A stretch of DNA of 64,000 bases from a virus (IMGVR_UViG_3300042013_000018:1-64000), one strand, 5' to 3'; positions 46,641 to 55,346 are shown, numbered from the stretch's first letter. The notes: generated by a model not told the origin, from the letters alone. Translations and numbers: made by a program.

Positions 46641-48083
46641 TTAGGTGAAGAGGTTTGGTCTAGTCAAATTTGCTGAGATCAGGCCAGAAGTGAAGTTTGG
46701 AATAATTTGTCTTTGAGCAAGGGTAATGAAAGAATCACTAGTTGCATCGACTTGATCATCCTTATTTTTACGGCTGCCATCGAAGCTTTCCAACTCGTCA
46801 AAGTATGTATCGTTCCAATCAGCTTCAACATAATCAATCAGACCCGCTTCGGCGGCTGCTGCGAATGGTTGGAAACGTGTTATTTTTGACTTGTTAGAAG
46901 GGCGCATTCTGGCGTAAAACCCGTCTGACAAAAGCTCTTTAATCATCATCTGTCCGGCAGCTTTACCGGCTTGTCCGGGCTCTTGAGGCAAGATAATCTC
47001 TGTACTTGGTGGGTCAGATTTGGCTGTTTCAATAATCTTAGCCATAACTTCACCAAACCTTGCACGAAACCTAACAACATCAACTACAATATATCGACCT
47101 TGTTTTGTCTTACCAATTAAAACACCAGCCGTCCAGTCAGGATTTGGTAAGGATTCCGATGGGATGGAACCTGCTATATCCCATGCACGACAGTAAGACA
47201 CAATCTCTTTATCGAACAAATTAACTTTACTACAGAATTCTTTTTTCATGAATCCTGCTGCACTTTCGCGAACAAACCAATTGCCCTCTAGGAGCCGTTT
47301 ACGTTCAGTACCACGAAGACCTTTAAGCCAAGCTACATATTTAGGGTTAACTTCTTCTACAATTTTATTATCATAAACGTTAGCGCTAATAAAGGTAAAA
47401 GATAGAGCATCTTGCTCTCTTACACCATACTCAGCCAGAAGTTGTTGTTTAGTATCACCCCAAACAAAATCACCATCCATGAAAGAAAAGTATCTCAACA
47501 TCCCATCTTTTGAACGGTCAGGAGTTCCATCTTCTTGCAAATAAGGTTCAACCCACTTTCTGAGGCCGTGGTCAGCATCAGGATTGCAGGTGATTTTAAG
47601 GTGAGGTTTGATCGAAGGGCAAGAAGGGTTACGCATACGAGACATGATATATTGTATCATGTACATCGTATATTGAGTTCCCTCATCAATATAGAAAAGA
47701 TTAGCTTCAGAACCTTGCCAGTTTACATCCGCTGCATCATTCTCAAAGTGCTTGAGATAGATTTCAGCACCACTAGCATGGAACACGAATTTACCATCTT
47801 TCGCACGCCACGTATATTCATCTGGTTTATATGCTTGACTAAATACGCGCTTACATTTAGTTAGCAAACCACCCGGACCATTAAGTTGAGGCGTTGTACG
47901 ACGGGTCATTACACCAATGAAGTTTGGAATGTCTGTATACTTGAGGAAGTCGATAACCCCAATTTCACTTTTTCCGCTCGCGGCTGCGCCACCGAATAAG
48001 GTTACGTCAGCCTCCGAGGCGATATACATACTTTGACGTAATGAACATGGCCCCGGTAGCTTTTTCTCAAGAATTTCAGCCAC
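46641..48083 (-). CDS. terL: terminase large subunit
   Basis: Walker A GGAAASGKS, Walker B YIDEG, TCNP, RNase H WDIA and DDQVDATS; GTG start 48083 after GAGGAGG. Confidence 0.95.
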   Translation of the reverse strand: MAEILEKKLPGPCSLRQSMYIASEADVTLFGGAAASGKSEIGVIDFLKYTDIPNFIGVMTRRTTPQLNGPGGLLTKCKRVFSQAYKPDEYTWRAKDGKFVFHASGAEIYLKHFENDAADVNWQGSEANLFYIDEGTQYTMYMIQYIMSRMRNPSCPSIKPHLKITCNPDADHGLRKWVEPYLQEDGTPDRSKDGMLRYFSFMDGDFVWGDTKQQLLAEYGVREQDALSFTFISANVYDNKIVEEVNPKYVAWLKGLRGTERKRLLEGNWFVRESAAGFMKKEFCSKVNLFDKEIVSYCRAWDIAGSIPSESLPNPDWTAGVLIGKTKQGRYIVVDVVRFRARFGEVMAKIIETAKSDPPSTEIILPQEPGQAGKAAGQMMIKELLSDGFYARMRPSNKSKITRFQPFAAAAEAGLIDYVEADWNDTYFDELESFDGSRKNKDDQVDATSDSFITLAQRQIIPNFTSGLISANLTRPNLFT

Positions 48084-49239
48084 TTGTGGCCTCCTCAATG
48101 TATTTAATAATCAAGTCTTTAGCTTCATTACTAAAGCATTCAGTGTAGCCTGTGAACTTCTTAGTTGGTTTATGATAATAACCAAGAGATTTTAGTTCTC
48201 GCATAATCTTTCTTTCAAGATTTGCTGAGTCTATATTAATCATCTCTTTTTCATATACAAAGCTGTAATCGTAAATATCTTTTTGACGTTTGTAAACCTT
48301 TTCTCGGCCCTTCTTATTACAAGTAATACCAAGCTTAAGGAAAGATTCTTCACCATCAGACATTTCAATAATATAAATAGAACCTAATCTTTGACCAAGT
48401 TCTACATCTTCAGTGTATCGGTCAACCATATTATATGTTGTTTTATCATAAGTGCATTGGGCGCAACCTTTACCTTTTACGTGGCATAGTGGTCGTTGCT
48501 CAAAAATCCCATGAACATCACATACAATCTTAACCTTTGTTTCTGTATTTACGTATTCTGCAAATTCATAAGAGTATTTATCTTTATGAATTTGCTTTGC
48601 CCGTTCAATAAAATATTCTGTTGTGTATTCTGAATAGCGTTGAAGTAAACTTCTTTCAACACCGCACTTAGGACAACCATTTCCATACATATGCGGTCCG
48701 GCTGATTGAATAAACTCACCATGCTCTGGACAGCCAATGATAACTTTCTGAGTGAAGCCTTTAGTTAAAATAGCTTTAGAATAGTCATATTTATTTCCAT
48801 GAAACTCTATGCTCTTAGCTAGAAAGTCATCTTGTGATAGTCTCTGCTTTTGTACGCTGCATTCTGGACAGCCACGGGACACCAAGTGGTGTGCTACCGT
48901 CTGACTGAATACCCCATGATCCTTACAAATAATATCGATTTTACTTGTAGTCTTGGTTGTAGTCACTAAACAATAGTCAAACTTGTTTTTGTGTATTGCG
49001 GAGGCTTCAACAACAAAGTCTTCAATAGAACGCTTGAGTGGGATAGACTCATGAACACAATGGCGACAACCTGCACCTTTCAGGTGAGAGTCTGTTCGCT
49101 GAACAAATATACCATGATCTGTACATTCAATATCAATGTAATATCTAGGACCTCGTGCTTCCCAAGCAACATACTTATATTTGCTATCGTGCACGCTATT
49201 TGCTTTTTCTATAAATCTCTCGAAATTAAATTCTGGCAA
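48076..49239 (-). CDS. homing endonuclease-like protein (tandem C..HG.F.Q....H..GC..C repeats + C-terminal GIY-YIG-like domain)
   Basis: Four Zn-ribbon repeats; GSIYIIEM..FLKLGIT. Confidence 0.8.
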   Translation of the reverse strand: MPEFNFERFIEKANSVHDSKYKYVAWEARGPRYYIDIECTDHGIFVQRTDSHLKGAGCRHCVHESIPLKRSIEDFVVEASAIHKNKFDYCLVTTTKTTSKIDIICKDHGVFSQTVAHHLVSRGCPECSVQKQRLSQDDFLAKSIEFHGNKYDYSKAILTKGFTQKVIIGCPEHGEFIQSAGPHMYGNGCPKCGVERSLLQRYSEYTTEYFIERAKQIHKDKYSYEFAEYVNTETKVKIVCDVHGIFEQRPLCHVKGKGCAQCTYDKTTYNMVDRYTEDVELGQRLGSIYIIEMSDGEESFLKLGITCNKKGREKVYKRQKDIYDYSFVYEKEMINIDSANLERKIMRELKSLGYYHKPTKKFTGYTECFSNEAKDLIIKYIEEATSG

Positions 49240-49269
49240 AACTGAAACCTCTGATTAGGTATTTAATAG

Positions 49270-49325
49270 GTGAGAGCTATCTACTGAATCAGCAGTAGAA
49301 GGGCTTGCAATCCTGTTCGCTCTCA
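49270..49325 (-). ncRNA. three-way-junction structured RNA element upstream of endonuclease gene
   Basis: GAGAGC/GCTCTC closing stem, AGG-ATTGCAAGC-CCT hairpin, TCTACTG/CAGTAGA hairpin. Confidence 0.6.
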
Positions 49326-49335
49326 TTGTATTTCG

Positions 49336-49683
49336 TTATTCTACTTGACCACTTGCTTTCAAATACTGGCTTGTCATAACCGAGCGGTCTCTGCCCCCAA
49401 TACCATGCTTCTTCTTCACTACAGCTTTAAACTCAGACCATTCCATATCATCAAGCTGTTCTTTCGTGAAGTTCTCTTGCATCACTTGAAACTGAAACCC
49501 CGGTTTGTTTTCCATAAGCTTGTCAGTCTTCAGATACATCCAGCAGCTATGAGGGAAACGCAATGCTGGCACTTTATCTTCTTCAAGAGTAGCGCCCATA
49601 TTGGCTAGCTCAATAACATTCTTCATGAATGTGTAGCCAATACCGTCATTACCTGTAACCAATACTTTATATTCATTTGCCAT
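49336..49683 (-). CDS. conserved hypothetical protein of packaging region
   Basis: 115 aa, RBS GAGGAG. Confidence 0.8.
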   Translation of the reverse strand: MANEYKVLVTGNDGIGYTFMKNVIELANMGATLEEDKVPALRFPHSCWMYLKTDKLMENKPGFQFQVMQENFTKEQLDDMEWSEFKAVVKKKHGIGGRDRSVMTSQYLKASGQVE

Positions 49684-49716
49684 CTTAATTCTCCTCTTAT
49701 TCGTTTCAAGAAAGAG

Positions 49717-49746
49717 ACTATATCAAACTTAAACTCGTTCTGTCAA
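49717..49746 (-). promoter_or_regulatory. sigma70-like promoter for terL/structural operon
   Basis: minus strand TTGACA-18 nt-TATAGT. Confidence 0.65.
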
Positions 49747-49778
49747 GCTTTCATGTAAAATAATTGAAATAAATTTAC

Positions 49779-49803
49779 TAAAAAGAATCCATCCATAGAT
49801 TCT
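49779..49803 (-). terminator. possible terminator after repeat-fibre gene
   Basis: minus strand AGAATCT-ATGGAT-GGATTCT followed by TTTT. Confidence 0.5.
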
Positions 49804-49817
49804 CTATATAAAGTTAC

Positions 49818-51029
49818 TTAGTTACGAGGTGTAACCTGCACAGTAACACTAGCTCCAACCAATGCAACAGTTGCTCCTAGCAATACTTCAACAGACAGCA
49901 GCGTCACAAGGTTTCTCTGCGCAGCCTGTACTACACAGCCTGTATTGCTCACAGACACAACCCTTACCATCTGATTAAACGTACCACCAATGATTTGTGG
50001 CTGAACATCAGGAGGAATTGTATAAGTGTTAGCAAAAGTAATTGTAATATTTCCTGAAGCATCTGATGTTCCAAGGAAAGTTTCTACTTTACGCAATCCA
50101 CTTGTAGCTGCTGTAAGAGAAGCTGTGGTGGCATAATTACTCAAGCTACTTGTAAGAGCATATCCAGACAAGGCCGAGTTTGTGATATATCCACTGCCAT
50201 TTGTAAGCTGATTGGTGTTTGTAGGAATCACTGGGGCATTTGTAAGACTTGAGTAAGGAATGCTTGCCCCTGTGCTTATCTTACTATCTAACGCTGTCTG
50301 TAACCCTGTCACGTCACTAATAGCATGTGTGTGGCTGCTAGGAGTAAACGTTGTAGGCTTACCTGTTAGACTTGAATATGTCCCATCAAACAATACAGGC
50401 TTGTTTGTAAGGTCAGCATAACTACCACTAAATAGTGTGGGCTTTCCTACCAAGTCAGTGTAATTTCCACTGAACAAAATAGGCTTACCAGATAAGTCTG
50501 AGTACGCCCCTGAGAACAGAGTAGGCTTGTTTAATATCTGAGAAACACCACTAGTTGATGTCCAATCAGCGTTAACCTGAGCCACTTGAGGAGGAACACT
50601 TGTCAGAAATCCACTATCGTTTGTCAATTCACTAGTTCTGGTAGGAACCGATACAGCGCTTGGTTTATTAGATAGATCGTTGTAATCTCCTGAGAATAGC
50701 TCAGGCACATCTTCAAGATCATTGTAGCTACCAGAGCTTGCCACTTGAGATAGTGCAAGATGTTCTTTCTGCTGATCAACAGTTGAATAAGATAGCCACG
50801 CTACAGCAGCAGGCATACACGCTGTTGCCTTAAACTGCCCTTGAGAATCTTTCATCAAGAGGCTGTTGTTTGACATATCAACTGAAGAGATTTCTGTAAG
50901 TACTGTTGAGGCTGGTTGTGCATTAAGGCTTTGGGATGTTATTACAACATCACCTTGCTCACCATTCACAGAATTGACAGCACCTGTCGAGCTTGAATCA
51001 TCACTTGGAAACATCGGACGTACTGGCAT
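49818..51029 (-). CDS. fibre-like structural protein with tandem 14-aa (LFSGxYxDLxxKP) repeats
   Basis: VNSVNG..GDV.IT, repeated SG.Y.DL..KP, SHTHAISDVTGLQTALDSK phage tail repeat. Confidence 0.8.
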   Translation of the reverse strand: MPVRPMFPSDDSSSTGAVNSVNGEQGDVVITSQSLNAQPASTVLTEISSVDMSNNSLLMKDSQGQFKATACMPAAVAWLSYSTVDQQKEHLALSQVASSGSYNDLEDVPELFSGDYNDLSNKPSAVSVPTRTSELTNDSGFLTSVPPQVAQVNADWTSTSGVSQILNKPTLFSGAYSDLSGKPILFSGNYTDLVGKPTLFSGSYADLTNKPVLFDGTYSSLTGKPTTFTPSSHTHAISDVTGLQTALDSKISTGASIPYSSLTNAPVIPTNTNQLTNGSGYITNSALSGYALTSSLSNYATTASLTAATSGLRKVETFLGTSDASGNITITFANTYTIPPDVQPQIIGGTFNQMVRVVSVSNTGCVVQAAQRNLVTLLSVEVLLGATVALVGASVTVQVTPRN

Positions 51030-51030
51030 A

Positions 51031-51294
51031 TTAGGCCACCTGTACGCAGAGACGACCAGAACCCTTAGCCCAGATAATGGACTCTCCTTGATCGATCATA
51101 TACATTTCGACAGTGATAAGCTGTAGACCGTCTAGGGAAGAACTTGCAGGCTGGAAAGGTTTTAACTGGACACGGACATTACCCGTTCCCTTAAACTGAA
51201 GAAGAACTTTAGTTCCTACAGGAATACCGGAGAGGAGGTTTACATTCTGATAGCTAACATTATCTAGCACAACATCTGCGATTGTATCTGACAT
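51031..51294 (-). CDS. hypothetical protein (probable partner of fibre-like protein)
   Basis: 87 aa, RBS AAGGTG, 1 nt before next gene. Confidence 0.75.
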   Translation of the reverse strand: MSDTIADVVLDNVSYQNVNLLSGIPVGTKVLLQFKGTGNVRVQLKPFQPASSSLDGLQLITVEMYMIDQGESIIWAKGSGRLCVQVA

Positions 51295-51309
51295 CTTAAC
51301 ACCTTTTTA

Positions 51310-51640
51310 TATTTATTTTTAGGTGTCTGGTTATCAAGAGGTTTTATAGCCGCAACAACAGACTACTACGGCTTCTAAGAATACAGCCTCTGTCTGTCTT
51401 GGGGTGTAACGAATAAGTGTGACCATTTCAGGTCACGAACCCCACCAGAGGTTCTAGGGGTCTCAGGAACTAGCTGAGATACCAAGCCGAGGCTTGATTA
51501 GTATTCCCTTGTTCTCACCCTACACCAACGAACATATAGAAATTGATGGGGTTGCTCTATACAGCCAAGGGAAATTCTTTATAGGTCATTTAAGCCCTAT
51601 TAAACCGTCTTTATAGTATTAGTGGGTCAACTATAGTCTT
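51310..51640 (-). ncRNA. candidate structured non-coding RNA downstream of terS
   Basis: At least 7 hairpins/long-range stems in an ORF-free gap; G-U pairs favour minus strand. Confidence 0.55.
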
Positions 51641-51646
51641 TAAGCT

Positions 51647-52051
51647 TTATTCGTCTTCCGGGTCAATATACACCAATGAAAGACGTGGTTTAAGCTCAGC
51701 AGCAATCTCCTTAGGAGTTTGTTCAGCTTCTTCATCTTCACGCTTGCCTTTCAGACGAGCATTGAACGAACCAAGCTCTTCTGCGCTTGCACTCTTGATC
51801 ACCGAGACAATAGAGTTCAGTACCCACTTGGCACTTGCAACACTGTCAGCATTAACTTCTGTGCCAGCCAAACTCTTGTCTACTAGCTGTAGTGCAAGGT
51901 CTTGACGCTCAAGAAGCTTGTCAGCGAGTTCACGAAGTTTACTCTTCTTGATTCGAGTAGAAGAGTTTCCTGAAGTATTCCGATTACTTTTTTCGCCGTC
52001 GAACTGTGTCGCACGAGACTTGTCAGTTTGTGTGGGCTTCTTATTTGCCAT
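51647..52051 (-). CDS. terS: terminase small subunit (putative)
   Basis: 134 aa; N-term ATQFDGEKSNRNTSG basic motif then helical region; upstream of terL. Confidence 0.65.
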   Translation of the reverse strand: MANKKPTQTDKSRATQFDGEKSNRNTSGNSSTRIKKSKLRELADKLLERQDLALQLVDKSLAGTEVNADSVASAKWVLNSIVSVIKSASAEELGSFNARLKGKREDEEAEQTPKEIAAELKPRLSLVYIDPEDE

Positions 52052-52084
52052 GGTATTTACCTAAATGATTTGTTGATAGAATTT

Positions 52085-53095
52085 TCAAATCTCAATACCA
52101 CCATACTCTAAGAATATTTCTCTTACAGTATCCAGATTTAATACCGAGGTTGTTTCAGAAAACCCTGCCTTCATGAATTCTCTAGGGACAATCCCACAGA
52201 CTAATGTACTTTTACAATAACTCTCAGCCGCTCGGCACTGATTTCGATCATTGAAATGGAAAAGATGTGTATTTTCAATTCGAAATACTGAGCTATATCT
52301 CTGTTCCTTAAGCCTTCTGGTTATGTCAGAAGTTATTCCGAATTTTATCGCAATAGGTAGATCATTATCGTAAACAATGTTGATATAAGATTGGTTCTGG
52401 TTTCCAAAGTTTGTACAGCCACAGCAGTAGACACCCCTCTTCAGTGCAGATGCTTGAGCTTCGCCATAAACATTACAGACGGGGCATTCTACTGACCAGT
52501 ATATGGCGAACCCGCTAGGACGTTTACCCAACCTTTTAAAGATAGTGTCAGGGTGATATTTTCCACTAGCAAAGAAAATGTCGCATGTCACAGAATTCTT
52601 ATGTACTTTACGATCTATGGACTTAGATTCATTACCACAGGAAGGGCACCCTCTTCCTAATTTAACTAAATTAGATAACTTACCGGATGTCCATGTCCCG
52701 TGCTTATTGCAAACAAGCTTGCATAGTGTGGTAGCTCCAATATAAGCTTCAGCCCATCCATCAAAATAGAATCCAAGTTCAGAACTCTTTCTCGTAGCTA
52801 AAAGTTTCCACTGATCTTCAGTCCAACGAACTCTAGGAGAGCAACCACAAGGTATCTGACCTCTATTTAAGTCTGTGAGCGTTGCCCAGAAGAAACCTTG
52901 ATCAAAAAGTTCAGGATCTTTGGCACACTCATGACACTTGAGATAGTGTATATTGTAATTTTTACTAGGATGTTTACTATAACCTAGCAACTCTAACTGT
53001 GGGTAGTTTACAAAAATAAAGCCATACTGAACATCATCCATTCTCTTTAAGTGGACGTTCTTCATATCTGCAATCATAAAACCTTCTTTAGTCAA
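52085..53095 (-). CDS. homing endonuclease-like protein (Zn-finger repeats + C-terminal GIY-YIG/T5orf172-like domain)
   Basis: C..C and C.KHG..GCPSC repeats; SYINIV..AIKFGIT.DI.RRL.EQ. Confidence 0.8.
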   Translation of the reverse strand: MTKEGFMIADMKNVHLKRMDDVQYGFIFVNYPQLELLGYSKHPSKNYNIHYLKCHECAKDPELFDQGFFWATLTDLNRGQIPCGCSPRVRWTEDQWKLLATRKSSELGFYFDGWAEAYIGATTLCKLVCNKHGTWTSGKLSNLVKLGRGCPSCGNESKSIDRKVHKNSVTCDIFFASGKYHPDTIFKRLGKRPSGFAIYWSVECPVCNVYGEAQASALKRGVYCCGCTNFGNQNQSYINIVYDNDLPIAIKFGITSDITRRLKEQRYSSVFRIENTHLFHFNDRNQCRAAESYCKSTLVCGIVPREFMKAGFSETTSVLNLDTVREIFLEYGGIEI

Positions 53096-53099
53096 ACTA

Positions 53100-53432
53100 C
53101 CTGATAAGCCGCAACAGGGACGTTCAACTAACCCTACTCAAAAAGTAGTTTGCTAAAGAAGTCTTTCTGTTGGACGTTTCTAAAGGCTGTTGCGCAGCCT
53201 GTGTAAAGTATGTAAATACTTTCTAAAATTATCTCAATAGGACAATACCTACAATATGCTACGCAAGGAGATAATTTTAGAAAGCTCACTGATAGTCGGG
53301 AGAGGGCAACTACCAATGAGTAAAGACATTTCTTGAGGAGAGCAAGTTGTCTTTAAGGTCCGGCATGAGGAGGGAGACGCCGGGAGGAAACACAGCATTA
53401 ATAGAATTTCTTCTTGGTAGCTGTGGTGAAAC
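53100..53432 (-). ncRNA. candidate multi-hairpin RNA with anti-SD-like (CUCC) loops
   Basis: Five or more abutting hairpins; 14-bp stem with 3 G-U pairs only on minus strand; 16-bp perfect stem. Confidence 0.7.
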
Positions 53433-53506
53433 TGGTGCCCCAGTAAGGAATCAAACCTCACTCTGTTGATTACAAGTCAACTGCATCATCACAATGCTTC
53501 AAGGGC
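53433..53506 (-). tRNA. tRNA-Thr (anticodon UGU), CCA encoded
   Basis: GCCCTTG/CTGGGGC acceptor, GCAT/ATGC D stem, GTTGA-CTTGTAA-TCAAC anticodon arm, TGAGG-TTTGATT-CCTTA T arm, ACCA. Confidence 0.9.
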
Positions 53507-53633
53507 GAATCAGTTAGTAGAATTAAAACCCTTTACCGTCACGGACTGCCCTTTTCACAGGGAGGAACACAACCATTATTATATAATGGGACACTTCAGT
53601 GTTTTTAATGTTCTTTGCTATTTCACGTTTACT

Positions 53634-53661
53634 ATTATACAGACTTATTTGAGAATGTCAA
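53634..53661 (-). promoter_or_regulatory. strong sigma70 promoter driving tRNA/ncRNA/terS transcript
   Basis: minus strand TTGACA-16 nt-TATAAT, both hexamers consensus. Confidence 0.8.
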
Positions 53662-53689
53662 CACATTTCTATTAAATTGTATACATTTA

Positions 53690-53866
53690 TTAGCTGTCTC
53701 TATCAGGCATCACTTTCTTAAAGACTGTTCCATAGTGACTGATACCCTCGTGTTGATATTCCCAGCGAAAGCATCCATCAACAAACTCTTCAGCACTTTC
53801 TTCAAAGAAGCATACACAATCTTTTTCTTCAGCCCCACAATCAGGGCAATAGTTTTCGTTGCCCAT
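53690..53866 (-). CDS. small Cys-containing hypothetical protein (58 aa, not in ORF track)
   Basis: GGAG RBS; MGNENYCPDCGAEEKDCVCFFEE...MPDRDS. Confidence 0.6.
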   Translation of the reverse strand: MGNENYCPDCGAEEKDCVCFFEESAEEFVDGCFRWEYQHEGISHYGTVFKKVMPDRDS

Positions 53867-53950
53867 TCTTGTGGACTCCAGTTAGTTAACTTCGATTTCA
53901 TTAATGTAGCAAGAAAGCTTGCAATAAAGCAAGCCCCTTGACAACTAATA

Positions 53951-54700
53951 CTAGATATAATTATAAAGTTTCTTATAATTCACGAAATAGTATGGATCAT
54001 CTTTATACTTATCATAAACCCTTCTGGCTTTTTTACACCGCTTACCTGAGCGGATGTATGAAATGTATGACTGGTCTAGTCCTACAATTTTAGCTACTTG
54101 AGACAGACTTAAATCCCCATCACACAACCTGAAAAGGTCAATATAGTGATTCCAGCAATGTAATGGGTAGTCTTGGTTATGAGTCTTACAGACTGCCAAA
54201 AACTCTTCCGGGATGTGGTTTTCTTTGTACCACTCCTTTTTAATGGATTGATCAATTGCTTTACGATCAATACCCGAAGTATCTCCAGTAAGGATAAATC
54301 TGACAGCCCGCTCCTTTATAAAAGCCTCTGTTAGTGTCCTCCCAATGGTTAGACCTGTGTCCCAAGAGTGTTTAATGTTTTCTGATTTTGTTGCCCATTC
54401 AAGGTTTTCAACTCTATTATCTCCTTTATCTCCATTTATATGATTTACTTCAGGTTTATTTTCAGGGTTGGGGATAAAGGCTTCGGCCACCAATCTGTGG
54501 TGATACTTGTGTTCTTGTTTTTGTCCTTTTAAAGAGACTGCACACATGTGATATGTAAACTCTTGCCTTGATTCCACGTAGAACCTTTTCTCTCCTACAG
54601 ATACTTTACCACGGATATGTGAAAATACCTTACCCTCTGTATTTACAGAGTATCGCCCTTCATATCCATCAACCCACTTTTCATTTTCTTCCAACATCAT
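53951..54700 (-). CDS. NUMOD4-HNH homing endonuclease with C-terminal HTH
   Basis: [19 protein letters not shown]; [36 protein letters not shown]. Confidence 0.92.
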   Translation of the reverse strand: MMLEENEKWVDGYEGRYSVNTEGKVFSHIRGKVSVGEKRFYVESRQEFTYHMCAVSLKGQKQEHKYHHRLVAEAFIPNPENKPEVNHINGDKGDNRVENLEWATKSENIKHSWDTGLTIGRTLTEAFIKERAVRFILTGDTSGIDRKAIDQSIKKEWYKENHIPEEFLAVCKTHNQDYPLHCWNHYIDLFRLCDGDLSLSQVAKIVGLDQSYISYIRSGKRCKKARRVYDKYKDDPYYFVNYKKLYNYI

Positions 54701-54744
54701 ACCTCACCTCCATTCAAATCATCATTCCACAGCCACTCAGGAAC

Positions 54745-55161
54745 TTAATCAACAGGAAGCAGTTCACCCACCTCTTGTTCTCCAGTCTTTTTAGCTTTAG
54801 TTAAGGGAGTTTTCCCCTTGCCTTTCCACAGTAACAAATTATTCACCCTACGGTAGTGCCAGCGTCTTCCGTTGCTGCAAGCCTCTTTTTCTGCATATAC
54901 AACCCCATTCTTAATAAACTCAAGAATGATTTCACCTGTACGCCTCAAATCCATACCAACTGCTTCTGCGATTGTGGACTGAGCTTCAAAGTGCTCCCCA
55001 CCTCTTTGTTGTACAAAGAATTGATTTCTTGCTTTCAAATATAAGTAAACAAACTTTGCACCTTGTGACATTTTGACAGCTTCGCCTGTCTCTTGATTCA
55101 CGTAGCCTTTTGCTGCCATCAGCACGTAGGGTAGTTTTATGTATTGCTCTTCTGCTTCCAT
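54745..55161 (-). CDS. winged helix-turn-helix protein, replication-initiator-like
   Basis: YIKLP..L; K..Y.YL; FEAQSTIAEAVGMDLRRT..II..F.K.G.V HTH_36-like pattern. Confidence 0.7.
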   Translation of the reverse strand: MEAEEQYIKLPYVLMAAKGYVNQETGEAVKMSQGAKFVYLYLKARNQFFVQQRGGEHFEAQSTIAEAVGMDLRRTGEIILEFIKNGVVYAEKEACSNGRRWHYRRVNNLLLWKGKGKTPLTKAKKTGEQEVGELLPVD

Positions 55162-55220
55162 TGTTTTATACCTTGAGTTTTCATAGTTATATAGTTTCAG
55201 TTAGTTATATGCTTTTTACC

Positions 55221-55346
55221 CTATTTCTTCATTTCGTCCATCTCCTTTACCTTGAACATATATTTAATGATGAATGCCTGACGGCTCATTTCACCACGGT
55301 GTGCATCGATCCAATCTCTAAGGTCACGAGGTATGTATAATTCCAC
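55221..55346 (-). CDS. ribbon-helix-helix (CopG/Arc-like) protein, 41 aa, not in ORF track
   Basis: TAGGAG RBS + GTG; MELYIPRDLRDWIDAHRGEMSRQAFIIKYMFKVKEMDEMKK. Confidence 0.7.
   Translation of the reverse strand: MELYIPRDLRDWIDAHRGEMSRQAFIIKYMFKVKEMDEMKK

Noticed and set aside
50385-50560. CRISPR-like or guide-RNA array
   Set aside because: The 42-bp periodicity is protein-coding repeat with synonymous variation; no constant repeat-unique spacer structure here or elsewhere in the window
53100-53570. RsmY/RsmZ (CsrB)-like GGA-sponge RNA on the + strand; two perfect ACANGGANG(U/A) sites at about 53114 and 53557
   Set aside because: G-U pairs in the main stems exist only on the minus strand, and the tRNA and consensus promoter are minus-strand. 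No + strand promoter was seen. Not fully excluded without strand-specific RNA-seq
51310-53630. Group I intron or split gene around terS and the adjacent endonuclease
   Set aside because: No P7 GACUA/UAGUC pair or R/S elements found; terS and terL ORFs are continuous
53710-53901. Tracked 63-aa minus-strand ORF
   Set aside because: No RBS; the overlapping frame 53690..53866 has GGAG and a more protein-like sequence
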